A stretch of 64,000 nt of DNA from Alphaproteobacteria bacterium. Lineage in GTDB: Bacteria > Pseudomonadota > Alphaproteobacteria > Bin95. The position numbers and the translations under genes are program-made. The stretch is from contig OZ224045.1 in the NCBI GenBank assembly GCA_963665325.3, positions 2,144,001 to 2,208,000 on the forward strand. Reading direction: 5' to 3'. Positions within the stretch are counted from its first letter, which is position 1. Every line of letters starts with the position of its first letter. The notes under the pieces are model-generated. The model ran no database searches, was not told where the DNA came from, and saw nothing but the letters and a program-made list of their open reading frames with translations. Below, piece by piece: positions 12,173 through 21,071 of this stretch.

Positions 12173-13255
12173 ATGGGATATCCCGATGCGCCTGTGCCGA
12201 TCCGCGCCGACATTCTGGCGGCCCATGCCCGCGCCTGGGCGTGGATCGCGGCTCCTGGCAACTGGCTGACCGGCGCCGAGCGGGTTGCCATAGCGGCTGA
12301 GACCCGCCATGCGCTGGACTGCCAGCTCTGTGCGGCGCGTAAGGAGGCGCTCTCGCCCGAGGCGGTCGCCGGCGAGCATGACGGACCGGGCATTCTCGAG
12401 CCGCCAATGGTGGAAATCGTCCACCGTATCGTTACGGATCCCGCGCGCCTGACACGTCGCTGGTTCCAGGCGCGGCAGGCCGAGGGCATCGAGGACACGC
12501 GCTATGTGGAGACGGTAGGCGTCGCGGCAGTCACCGTTTCGCTCGACACCTTCGCCCGCTCGATGGGCGTGGCGCCGCGCCGGCTGCCGGAGCCTGGGCC
12601 CGGAGAGCCGTCAGGCTATCGGCCTGCCTCGGCGCGCATGGAGGAGGCCTGGGTGCCGCTGATCGTGCATGGCGAGGAAAGCGGCGCCGAGGCAGACCTT
12701 TATTCGGGTTCGAAGGGCGCCTACATCCTCATGGCGCTCTCCTTGGTGCCACAGGCCAAGCGGGCATTTTTCGATCTCGTCGAGACGCAATATCTACCGG
12801 GCCGCTGGATGCGCATATTCGACGTCGAACACCGCGCCATCAGCCACGCGCAGATCGAGTTTCTGGCCGCAAGGATTTCCGCGCTCAACCAATGCGTTTA
12901 CTGAACCACCAGCCATGCGCTGCTGCTCCGTGAGAGCAGCCGGACAACAGGCAAGAGCTATGATCTGGACGCAATCGTAAACGGCGGCGGCGGCGGGGTC
13001 GCGGCGGGCGAGGAACTCGCGGCGTTCGCCGAGGCCGTTGCCGGGGACGCCGATATGGCCGCAGCCATATCGGCGCTGCGGCGCGCGGTCGGGGATGACG
13101 GCTGGGTGGATGCGGCGGGCGTGGCTGCAACCTTCAACGCCATCGACCGGGTTGCGGACGCGACCGGCATTCCGCTCGAGCCCCGCAAGGCGGAGGTGAG
13201 CGCCGATTTCCGGGGTGCGCTCGAAATCGACGACTGGGCCGAAGCGCGCGGGTAG
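12173..13255 (+). CDS. AhpD-like (alkylhydroperoxidase-related) selenoprotein, Sec at TGA 12902-12904 (codon 244 of 360)
   Basis: RBS AGGAGG 12158-12163; frame stays open 116 codons past the TGA and joins ORF 13055..13255; motif SALNQCVYUTTSH matches AhpD CxxCxxxH; SECIS-like hairpin follows. Confidence 0.88.
12922..12940 (+). promoter_or_regulatory. Candidate bacterial SECIS hairpin
   Basis: GCTGCTC-CGTGA-GAGCAGC: 7-bp stem, G then U at loop positions 2-3, 24 nt between the UGA and the loop. Confidence 0.75.
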
Positions 13256-13267
13256 GGAGGGACTTTC

Positions 13268-14638
13268 ATGATCGAACGCAAGCGCGACGATGAGTTCGTC
13301 GTCGTCTCCAATGGGATGCTGGGCTACGGCTTTCGCGAAGAATCGCTCCGGGACGCCGTGGAGGCTGGCGTGGACCTCATAGCATGCGATGCGGGGTCGA
13401 GCGATCCGGGGCCGTACTATCTGGGCACGGGCAAGCCCTTTGTCGGCGACGCGATGATCCTGCGCGACCTGCGCCTGCTGGTGCAGGCGGGCGCGGATGC
13501 GGGCGTGCCGCTTGTCATCGGCTCCGCCGGTGGGGCAGGCGGCGACGGGCAGGTGGACCACCTGCTGGCGCTGCTGCGCCGGGTGCTGGAGGAACTGGGA
13601 CTCGACCGGAAGGTGGCCGTGCTGCGCTCGGAGCTCGACCGGGAGACGGTGCGCGGAGCGGTCGAGGACGGGCGCGTTCGCACCTTCGAGACCGGCATGG
13701 CGCTAACGGTCGAGGATGTCGATGCCGCCGCCCATATCGTGGCGCAGGTCGGCCCGGAATCCTATTTCCGGGCGCTCGCCGACGGGCCGGACATCCTGGT
13801 CGTTGGCCGGGCCTGGGACGTGTCCAACATCGCCGCGCTGCCGCTGATGCAGGGCCATGACCGCGGCCTCGCGCTGCATATGGGCAAGATCCTCGAATGT
13901 GGCAGCCTGGCCGCGCGCCCGACCGGCGGCGGCGACCTCATTCTCGGGCGGCTCCGGGACGACCATTTCATTGTCGAGCCGACCCATCCGGAAAAGGCCT
14001 GCACCGAGGCCTCCGTCTCGGCGCACACCTTCTACGAGAAATCGGACCCGGTGATGTTGGCGGGGCCGGGCGGCTCGGTCGATCTGCGCCGGACACGGTT
14101 CGACCAGATCGATCCGCGTCGCATCCGCGTCTCGGGCAGCGCCTTCCAGGAGGCCGAACGGTACACGGTCAAACTGGAGGGCGCCCGGCTCGCGGGGCAC
14201 CGGGCATTGACGGTCGGCGGTGCGCGCGACCCGGCCTTCATCCGTTCCATCGACGCGATCCAGCAAGCTGTCAGGGACAAGATCCACGAGACCCAGTCCG
14301 GCTTCATCGACCCCTCGCAATACAGCATTACCTTCCATCGCTACGGCTTGGACGGGGTAATGGGCGCCTGGGAGCCGAACCGGCAGGCTGCACACGAGAT
14401 CGGCATCCTGATCGATGTCGTGGCGGAAACCCCGGAGATTGCCGAAGCGGTCTGCGGCCTTGCACGTTCGACCATCCTGCATGTGCCCTTCGAGGGCAGG
14501 CGGGCGACGGCGGGCAACATCGCCTTCCCGTTTTCGCCGGCGGAGATTCCGGCCGGGCCAGTCTACGAATTCAACATCTATCACCTGATGGAAATCGGCG
14601 ACCCGGAGAGCTTCGGACGGCTCGAATGGCTGCAATGA
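13268..14638 (+). CDS. AtuA-family (DUF1446-like) protein
   Basis: GMLGYGF, DAGSSDPGPYYLG, HMGKILECG, AHTFYEKSDP, TAGNIAFPFSP. Confidence 0.85.
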   Translation: MIERKRDDEFVVVSNGMLGYGFREESLRDAVEAGVDLIACDAGSSDPGPYYLGTGKPFVGDAMILRDLRLLVQAGADAGVPLVIGSAGGAGGDGQVDHLLALLRRVLEELGLDRKVAVLRSELDRETVRGAVEDGRVRTFETGMALTVEDVDAAAHIVAQVGPESYFRALADGPDILVVGRAWDVSNIAALPLMQGHDRGLALHMGKILECGSLAARPTGGGDLILGRLRDDHFIVEPTHPEKACTEASVSAHTFYEKSDPVMLAGPGGSVDLRRTRFDQIDPRRIRVSGSAFQEAERYTVKLEGARLAGHRALTVGGARDPAFIRSIDAIQQAVRDKIHETQSGFIDPSQYSITFHRYGLDGVMGAWEPNRQAAHEIGILIDVVAETPEIAEAVCGLARSTILHVPFEGRRATAGNIAFPFSPAEIPAGPVYEFNIYHLMEIGDPESFGRLEWLQ

Positions 14639-14949
14639 GGACGCTCGGGGAGCTCGCGGAGGTCATCCGGTCCAAGAATGCGGGCCCCTTCATCGTGACC
14701 TTCGACATCCTGTTCGACACCGAGGAGACGTTCGAGGCGGTCCGGTCGGCGGGAATGCTGAGCCGCCAGGCGGTCTGCAAGCTCTACGGCGTCTCCGACA
14801 ACGAGCTGCTCGGGTTCGACTTCTATCCCTTCGCGCGGGCGGTCAAGTTCTCGCTCCGGCGCCCCGTCGGCTCCGGCGGCCCGCGCGACGCGGATGTCTA
14901 TGGCGCGCAGCAGCACGCCCCCCTGCTCGATCTCGCCGTCCTGCCCTGA
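14635..14949 (+). CDS. DUF4387-like protein
   Basis: IRSKNAGPF, DVYGAQQHAPLL; ATGA overlap with the upstream gene. Confidence 0.85.
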   Translation: MRTLGELAEVIRSKNAGPFIVTFDILFDTEETFEAVRSAGMLSRQAVCKLYGVSDNELLGFDFYPFARAVKFSLRRPVGSGGPRDADVYGAQQHAPLLDLAVLP

Positions 14950-14952
14950 CCG

Positions 14953-15795
14953 TTACCTGGCGGCGATGGCTTCGCTGGCGGCCCAGAGGCGTTCCTGGTC
15001 TTCGACTGAGAGCGAGGCGGGAGAGGAGGGGACTTCCTTGCCGTCGGAGAAGTAGCGCCCGCTGACGCCCTCCAGCGCCGGGTCGGAGGCGAGCCGGATG
15101 TTGAGTTCCGCGCCTTCCTCGACGCCGATGGCGCCGCTGACCCGGAACGCCAGTTTCAGCCCATTGCGGAACAGCCAGCCATTGTTGCTGCCGAAACGGC
15201 TCGCCACCAGGCCCGGATGCAGCGCGTTGACCGTGACCGGGCTGCCCTCCAGCCGCCGCGCCAGCGCATAGGCGAACATCACATTGGCAAGCTTGGAACG
15301 GCTGTAGGCGGTCCGCACGCTGTAGCGGCGCTCGCATTGCAGGTCGTCGAAGTCCAGTTCGGCCCGCCGGTGGGCAATGGAGGCGACGACGACGATGCGC
15401 CCCGCCTCCGCCGCTCTCAGCCGATTTAGCAGCAGGTTGGTGAGCAGGAAATAGCTCATGTGGTTGAGGGCGAATGTGGCTTCGAGGCCGTCCGCCGTCA
15501 CCTGCCGCCGCGAGAAGATGGCGCCGGCATTGTTCACCAGCACATCCAGCCGTTCGGTCGACTCGGCGATGTTGCGGGCGAGACGGCGGCTTTCGTCCAG
15601 AAGCGAGAGGTCGGCACGTTCGAAGCGGACCTCTGCGCCAGGCACCTCTGTCCGGATCGCCCGCGCCGCCTGCTCGCCGCGCTGCGGGTTGCGGCCGACA
15701 ATGGTGACGGCCGCACCCTTCTCTGCAAGCACGCGGGCGGTGACGAAACCGATACCGGTCGTGCCTCCGGTGACGAGTGCGGTCTTGCCCTGCAT
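14953..15795 (-). CDS. SDR oxidoreductase (retinol dehydrogenase-like)
   Basis: TGGTTGIG, NNAG, YSRSK, LHPG. Confidence 0.9.
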   Translation of the reverse strand: MQGKTALVTGGTTGIGFVTARVLAEKGAAVTIVGRNPQRGEQAARAIRTEVPGAEVRFERADLSLLDESRRLARNIAESTERLDVLVNNAGAIFSRRQVTADGLEATFALNHMSYFLLTNLLLNRLRAAEAGRIVVVASIAHRRAELDFDDLQCERRYSVRTAYSRSKLANVMFAYALARRLEGSPVTVNALHPGLVASRFGSNNGWLFRNGLKLAFRVSGAIGVEEGAELNIRLASDPALEGVSGRYFSDGKEVPSSPASLSVEDQERLWAASEAIAAR

Positions 15796-15845
15796 GGAAC
15801 CGGAGTTTACAGGCTGCAGGCGCAATCGGGAACGAGGAGGCCGTC

Positions 15846-17105
15846 ATGGTGCTGGAACGCGTCGCGGCAGGCGTGGACGAAGCCGGGCTCTGGAAGATGC
15901 ATGAGGATATGGCGCGCTTCGGGGCGACGGCCAAGGGCGGCGTGTGCCGCGAGGCGCTGACGCCGGAAGACTTCGAGGCGCGCCGCCTTTTTGCCGAATG
16001 GGGCAGGGATGCCGGCTTTTCGCTGGCGGTGGACGCCATTGGCAACATGTTCCTGCGCCGCGAGGGGCTGGACCCGGACCTGCTGCCCGTAACGACCGGC
16101 TCGCATCTGGATTCCCAGCCGACGGGCGGGCGGTTCGACGGCAGTTTCGGCGTGCTGGCCGGGCTGGAGGCGCTGTTCGCTCTGGAGCGCGCGGGCGTGC
16201 GGACCCGCGCGCCGGTAGAGGTCGTCAACTGGACCAATGAAGAGGGCGGGCGCTTCGTGCCGGGCGTGATGGGTTCGGGCGTCTATGCGGACCCGCCGAC
16301 CCTGCAGACCATGCTGGAGGTGCGCGACAAGACGGGCGCGCGGCTCGGCGACGAGCTCGGAAAGCTGGGTCCGCTGCTGTCCTCTGTCGGCCCCGTGGGC
16401 GAGCGGGCGCTGGCCGCGCCGATGGGCGCCTTCATCGAAGGCCATATCGAGCAGGCGCCTCGCCTGGAGGAGACCGGGAACACCATCGGCGTCGTCACAG
16501 GCATCCAGGGCACGCGCAAGTTCCAGGTCGAGGTAATGGGCGAGGAGGCCCATGCCGGAACGACCCCTCGGCGGCGGCGCAAAGACGCCGTGCTGGCGGC
16601 CGCCTGCATGGTCCAGGCGCTGCACCGGATGATGGAGGACGCCGACGACCTGCTGCGGTTCACCATCGGGGCGTTCGAGGCATTCCCGGGCGCGCCTTCC
16701 GTCGTGCCGGGGCGGGTGCGCTTCTCCATCGATTTCCGACATCCGGACGACGACCTCCGGGCCCGGCTGGGCGACGCCATCCAGCCGCTCTGCGAGGCGC
16801 TGGCGGGGCCGTGCGGCGTGAGCATCGAGGAGCCGCAGGCCGCGTCCTCCGTCGATTTCCACGGGGCGGCGATCGACGCCGTGCGCCATGCCGTCGAAGT
16901 GGTGGGCGCGTCCCACATGGACCTCTATTCCGGCGCCGGCCACGATGCGCGCAACATGGCCATGCTCTGCCCTTCGGCCATGGTGTTCGTGCCGTGCGAA
17001 AAGGGGATCAGCCACAATGAGGCGGAAAACGCCAAACCCCAAGACCTGGCCGAAGGCGCCAGAGTCATCGCGGTTGCGCTCGCCGAGCTTGCCGGTGCGG
17101 AGTGA
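15846..17105 (+). CDS. M20 Zn amidohydrolase (N-carbamoyl-amino acid/allantoate hydrolase family)
   Basis: GSHLDSQP, NEEG, HIEQ, HAGTTP, GAGHDA, GISHNEAE. Confidence 0.92.
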   Translation: MVLERVAAGVDEAGLWKMHEDMARFGATAKGGVCREALTPEDFEARRLFAEWGRDAGFSLAVDAIGNMFLRREGLDPDLLPVTTGSHLDSQPTGGRFDGSFGVLAGLEALFALERAGVRTRAPVEVVNWTNEEGGRFVPGVMGSGVYADPPTLQTMLEVRDKTGARLGDELGKLGPLLSSVGPVGERALAAPMGAFIEGHIEQAPRLEETGNTIGVVTGIQGTRKFQVEVMGEEAHAGTTPRRRRKDAVLAAACMVQALHRMMEDADDLLRFTIGAFEAFPGAPSVVPGRVRFSIDFRHPDDDLRARLGDAIQPLCEALAGPCGVSIEEPQAASSVDFHGAAIDAVRHAVEVVGASHMDLYSGAGHDARNMAMLCPSAMVFVPCEKGISHNEAENAKPQDLAEGARVIAVALAELAGAE

Positions 17106-17168
17106 CGCTTGTCGCGGGCCGTGTCGCGCTGACCTGAAGAACCGATTCGAAGCACCGGGGTGCACGTC

Positions 17169-18089
17169 ATGATTCAACAAGCCAATGAGCGGGTCGCCTA
17201 TCACAATGGCGAAATCAAGCCCGAGAGCCGGGTGCTCGTGTCGTTCCGCGACCGCGGGTTCAAGTACGGCGAGGCGGTATTCGACACGGCACGAACCGTC
17301 CGGCACAAGCCGTTCAGGCTTGAGGAGCATATCGACCGGCTCTACCGCTCGATGCGCTATCTCCAGATCGACTCGGGCCTCGGCAAGGGCGAGATGCTGT
17401 CCATCTCCCATGAGGTGCTGGAGCGCAACCTGCACCTGATCGGTCCGGACGAGGATTACTGGCTGTTCCAGCGGGTGAGCCCCGGTGTCTCGGATCCTTT
17501 TCTGAGCGACGGAAAGGCCAGGCCCACGGTCATCGTCGAGTGCACGCCGCTGCCGCTTCAGGCCCGTGCGCCGCTCTACCGGGATGGCGTTCGCGTGCAG
17601 ATACCGGCGACCCGGCGCACGCCGCCCGACGCGGTCAGCCCGAGGGCCAAGACCCAGAACTACATCAACCTCCAGATCGCGGACCGCGAGGTGCGCGCCC
17701 AGGACCCGCAAGCCTGGGCCATCCTTCTCGACCATGACGGCAATCTCGCGGAAGGGCTCGGCAGCAACATCTTCTTCGTGCGCGATGGCGAGCTGTTTAC
17801 CCCGCGGGCCCGGTTCGTGCTGCCGGGCATCAGCCGCGAAACGGTGATCGAGCTGGCGGAGGCGGAAGGCATCGCCGTGCACGAGACCGACCTCGACCTC
17901 TTCGATGCGTTCACCAGCGACGAATGCTTCCTGACATCGACGAGCCTGTGCATGGTGCCGGTGGCGTCGGTCAACGGCCGCTCCATCGGCGGGGGCAGCG
18001 TGCCCGGGCCGGTGACGGCGCGCCTCATGGAAGCCTACAAGCGGCTGCTCGATTTCGACTTCGTGGCGCAATACACGGACAAGCTGTAG
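17169..18089 (+). CDS. Class IV aminotransferase (BCAT/DAAT-like)
   Basis: DRGFKYGEAVF, HIDRL, KTQNY, EGLGSNIF, LPGISR. Confidence 0.9.
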   Translation: MIQQANERVAYHNGEIKPESRVLVSFRDRGFKYGEAVFDTARTVRHKPFRLEEHIDRLYRSMRYLQIDSGLGKGEMLSISHEVLERNLHLIGPDEDYWLFQRVSPGVSDPFLSDGKARPTVIVECTPLPLQARAPLYRDGVRVQIPATRRTPPDAVSPRAKTQNYINLQIADREVRAQDPQAWAILLDHDGNLAEGLGSNIFFVRDGELFTPRARFVLPGISRETVIELAEAEGIAVHETDLDLFDAFTSDECFLTSTSLCMVPVASVNGRSIGGGSVPGPVTARLMEAYKRLLDFDFVAQYTDKL

Positions 18090-18097
18090 CGCGCGGG

Positions 18098-18142
18098 TGG
18101 CGACCCCGGCAGGACTCGAACCTGCGACCTACGGATTAGGAA
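18098..18142 (-). repeat. att site: 45-bp duplicate of the tRNA-Arg 3' half
   Basis: Identical to 24659..24703 (TGGCGACCCCGGCAGGACTCGAACCTGCGACCTACGGATTAGGAA). Confidence 0.95.
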
Positions 18143-18304
18143 ACTGTAATTTATCGTTTACCGATACATACCGACCCTTACCGGTGTGTCACATACTCCA
18201 CTGATTTCATGCGATAATTTCGGCATATATTTTACCTTGGCTTACCGGAGCGCCCCGGCTTATACTGGCGAAATGCTGACACGGTGCTGACACGGGAGGC
18301 TGAC

Positions 18305-19503
18305 ATGGCATTGACCGAACGCCAAATCAGGGACGCCAGGCCGGGACCGAAAACCCGGATTGAGTGGGATTCGACCGTCGCGGGATTCGGCCTTCGCGTG
18401 ACCGCCAAGGGTGCGCTGGCGTCATCCTGAACTATCGAATCGACGGCCGGGAGCGCCGCGTCACACTTGGCCGGCCCGCCGAAATGAACCTGAAAGAAGC
18501 CCGTCGCCGGGCTGGCGAAATGCTGGCGGGCGTCCGCGACGGCGCGGACCCGCTGGCGGAACGCCAAGCCCGCCGGGACGCGCCGACCGTGGCGGAGGGC
18601 GTCGAGAGATTCTTCAAGGAATATGCTCCGCGCCGCATGAACGATGGCCGCCTGTCTGCGCGGACGCTGCGAGACTATCGGCAACAATGGGGCAGGGTTG
18701 TGAAGGCGGCTCCCGCTCTCGGCGACAAGAAGATTGCCGCCGTGACGCGGCATGACATAGAGCGCGCCGTCGCCAAACGCGCACCTGTCCAGCGCAATCG
18801 CTCGCTGGCCTTCCTGTCGCGGCTGTTCAATCTCTTCGAGGCGTGGGAACTCCGGCCGCAGCACTCTAACCCGACGCGCCACATTGAGAAGGCGCGGGAG
18901 GAACCGCGCGACCGGACCCTTGCGCCGTCCGAACTGGCGGCGCTGGCCGATGCGTTGGCAGTAGAGGCGGAAGCCCGCCCGGCGGCCGTCGCGGCTATCC
19001 GAATTGCAGCCGTGACCGGCTTGCGCATCGGCGAAGTACTGCGCATCCGCTGGCAGGATGTGGATTTCGAGGCGGGCCGCTTGACCATGCCGGAGACGAA
19101 GACGGGCCGGAGAGTGCATGACTTGCCAGCCGCCGCGCTCGCTATCTTGGCGGACCAGCCGCACATAAACGAATGGGCGTTCACAAACGGGCGGAACGCG
19201 CCGGCAGGCTACCAGCGGACGCGAGACGCCTTCGCGCAATCTGCGAAGCGTGCCGGGCTGGAAGATGTCCGGCTCCACGACTTGCGCCGCACAGTTATGA
19301 CAAACGCGGCGGCAGCGGGAGTCGGAACGCACATTCTCCGAGACCTTCTAGGCCATAAGACAACTGCGATGGCCGACCGCTATGTGCGATCCGTAGGCAA
19401 TCCCGTACGGGAGGCGCGGGAGCAAGTGGGCGCGACCATGGCGGCAATGATGGCCGGCAAGACGGCGGAGGTTGTGCCGCTCCGGGGGCGGCGCAACCCT
19501 TAG
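18305..19503 (+). pseudogene. Tyrosine integrase with a single frameshift near 18422
   Basis: RBS + ATG 18305 gives MALTERQIRDARPGPKTRIEWDSTVAGFGLRVTAKGA, then stop at 18428; the other frame continues ILNYRIDGRERRVTLG...TGLRIGE...HDLRR...LLGH...Y. Confidence 0.85.
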
Positions 19504-19645
19504 TCTTCCCTGCCGATAATTTGCCTTTTCTTTCCTTACGGGCCGGAGTAGCATCCGGCCCGAATTGCTTCCCCACTACCGCGCGTGATTTGCAATGGGG
19601 GATGTAGCGCGCGTCCTGAAAACGCAAAATTGCGAGGGCGCGCTT

Positions 19646-19840
19646 ATGTTCGACGAAACCCGATTATATCTCCCGACCGACCCGGTACTCCGGCAGATTG
19701 CAGCGGTGCAAACGCTAGCGAATTGGCGACACGAAGGGCGCGGCCCGGCCTTCATCAAGGTAGGCGCGCGCGTCGCCTATTCCGGCAAGGCGCTGAACGA
19801 TTGGCTTGCTCGCCAAACCGTCGAACCGGCCGCCGCCTGA
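19646..19840 (+). CDS. Excisionase/AlpA-like small HTH protein
   Basis: QTLANWRHEGRGPAFIKVGARVAY...LNDWL; directly downstream of the integrase. Confidence 0.8.
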   Translation: MFDETRLYLPTDPVLRQIAAVQTLANWRHEGRGPAFIKVGARVAYSGKALNDWLARQTVEPAAA

Positions 19841-19844
19841 CCCT

Positions 19845-19885
19845 GAAAAGGAAAGCCCGCCGGCATCGCGCAACGCCGGCGGGCT
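19845..19885 (-). terminator. Hairpin with U-tract on the minus strand
   Basis: AGCCCGCCGGC/GCCGGCGGGCT 11-bp stem preceded by GAAAAGGAA on the + strand. Confidence 0.55.
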
Positions 19886-19947
19886 AAGAGCATCTTCGGA
19901 CACATGGCGGTGAGTGAAAATGCAAAGACATCACATCGGGCAACGCA

Positions 19948-20430
19948 ATGTCTAGGACCGAACCTAGCGGGCGCTTTCCGCCCCGGTCAAGTCTATTGCC
20001 AGCCGACTTTCAGCGGGTGCAGGCCATCCGGGGCCGCGCGAGTGGTCTAGCGCGCCGGAGACAGGTTCATGGCCGTGACCGGGCCATCCGGTCAAGCAGG
20101 CGAGCCGGCATGACATACAGGGCGATTGCGCTCCGGCATGGCGTTTCGTTGGGAACGGCGCATAGGGTTTGCATGGGCCGTCTCTGGATGATGGAGCGCG
20201 AATTTCTCCGGCTTCCGGGCGTGTTCAACGAACGGTTAAGCTGTACCCGCAGGAAGGTTCATGCTTATGTTTCATTCAGATTTAGATCTGGAATTGTTGG
20301 AGTGCCAATTGCGCGCGTGACGAAAGAATTTTTCCGAAAAGGGGTTGTTTGGGAATATGGACCGAATATCGAGCGTCCAGCCGGAATTCGGCTATACTGG
20401 GAAACCGAAAATGAGGACTGCGAACGATGA
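19948..20430 (+). CDS. Hypothetical HTH protein of the element
   Basis: GMTYRAIALRHGVSLGTAHRV HTH-like segment; ATGA-coupled to the next ORF. Confidence 0.55.
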   Translation: MSRTEPSGRFPPRSSLLPADFQRVQAIRGRASGLARRRQVHGRDRAIRSSRRAGMTYRAIALRHGVSLGTAHRVCMGRLWMMEREFLRLPGVFNERLSCTRRKVHAYVSFRFRSGIVGVPIARVTKEFFRKGVVWEYGPNIERPAGIRLYWETENEDCER

Positions 20431-20603
20431 GCGATGAAACTCTGGCGGGCCACTACAACGCTATCGCGCGGGCGCTCGAAGATGCGCGCAATTATGCGAA
20501 CAATACGCCGGGCCTCGAACGGGAGGCGGGATTGTTCGATGGGCTGGAAAGGCTCTTTCGGGAGAAAATCGGGGACGAACTAGGGAGGCAATCGCCATCG
20601 TAA
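20427..20603 (+). CDS. Small hypothetical protein (58 aa)
   Basis: Not in track; MSDETLAGHYNAIARALEDARNYA..., GAGGA RBS, ATGA overlap. Confidence 0.5.
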   Translation: MSDETLAGHYNAIARALEDARNYANNTPGLEREAGLFDGLERLFREKIGDELGRQSPS

Positions 20604-20870
20604 CCGGAGTCAAAATCACGACGCGGGGCGGACACAAGCTGCGCGCTCATCTACGCGACATGAAGCGCAAGGCGGCTGCACTCGAAGGCAAGGCCGTGGG
20701 CGTCGGCTTTCACGATGACCATGTTGCCGCCATCGCCCGGCTTCATGAATTCGGGCATCCGGCAATCCAGCTCCCGAGCCGGCCCGCGTTTCGCGCCGCA
20801 CGGGAGCCGATGAATAGGGCCGTTCACAACGCCATCAAGACGGCCGGGCCGCTCCCGCCCGATGTTGTGC
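20591..20870 (+). pseudogene. Phage virion morphogenesis (neck/tail-completion-like) gene truncated by IS21
   Basis: VGVGF...AAIARLHEFG...LPSRPAFR pattern; frame runs into the IS end at 20871; start uncertain. Confidence 0.55.
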
Positions 20871-21071
20871 TGTCAATCGGCTTTCAATAATGACCCCCTA
20901 TCGGCGTGCAAAATTGACCCCCTGAGAGGCACGGTGGAGGTTGTCCCGGTAGTCAATAGGGGGGACCCGCGCGGCTTCGTGTAGCGTCTCACGCTACGCG
21001 GAGCGAAGCCGCGTGGGGGGTCCCTGTTGACCCACCGGGGCAACCGGGCCGCAGGGGAGGCCGGCGGCGGG

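Noticed and set aside
12149-12904. 251-aa ORF plus separate 66-aa ORF (13055..13255), or a nonsense pseudogene
   Set aside because: Same frame, TGA at the catalytic Cys position and a SECIS-like hairpin make a single selenoprotein more likely
18098-18142. Second tRNA gene
   Set aside because: Only the 3' half is present; it is the att duplication
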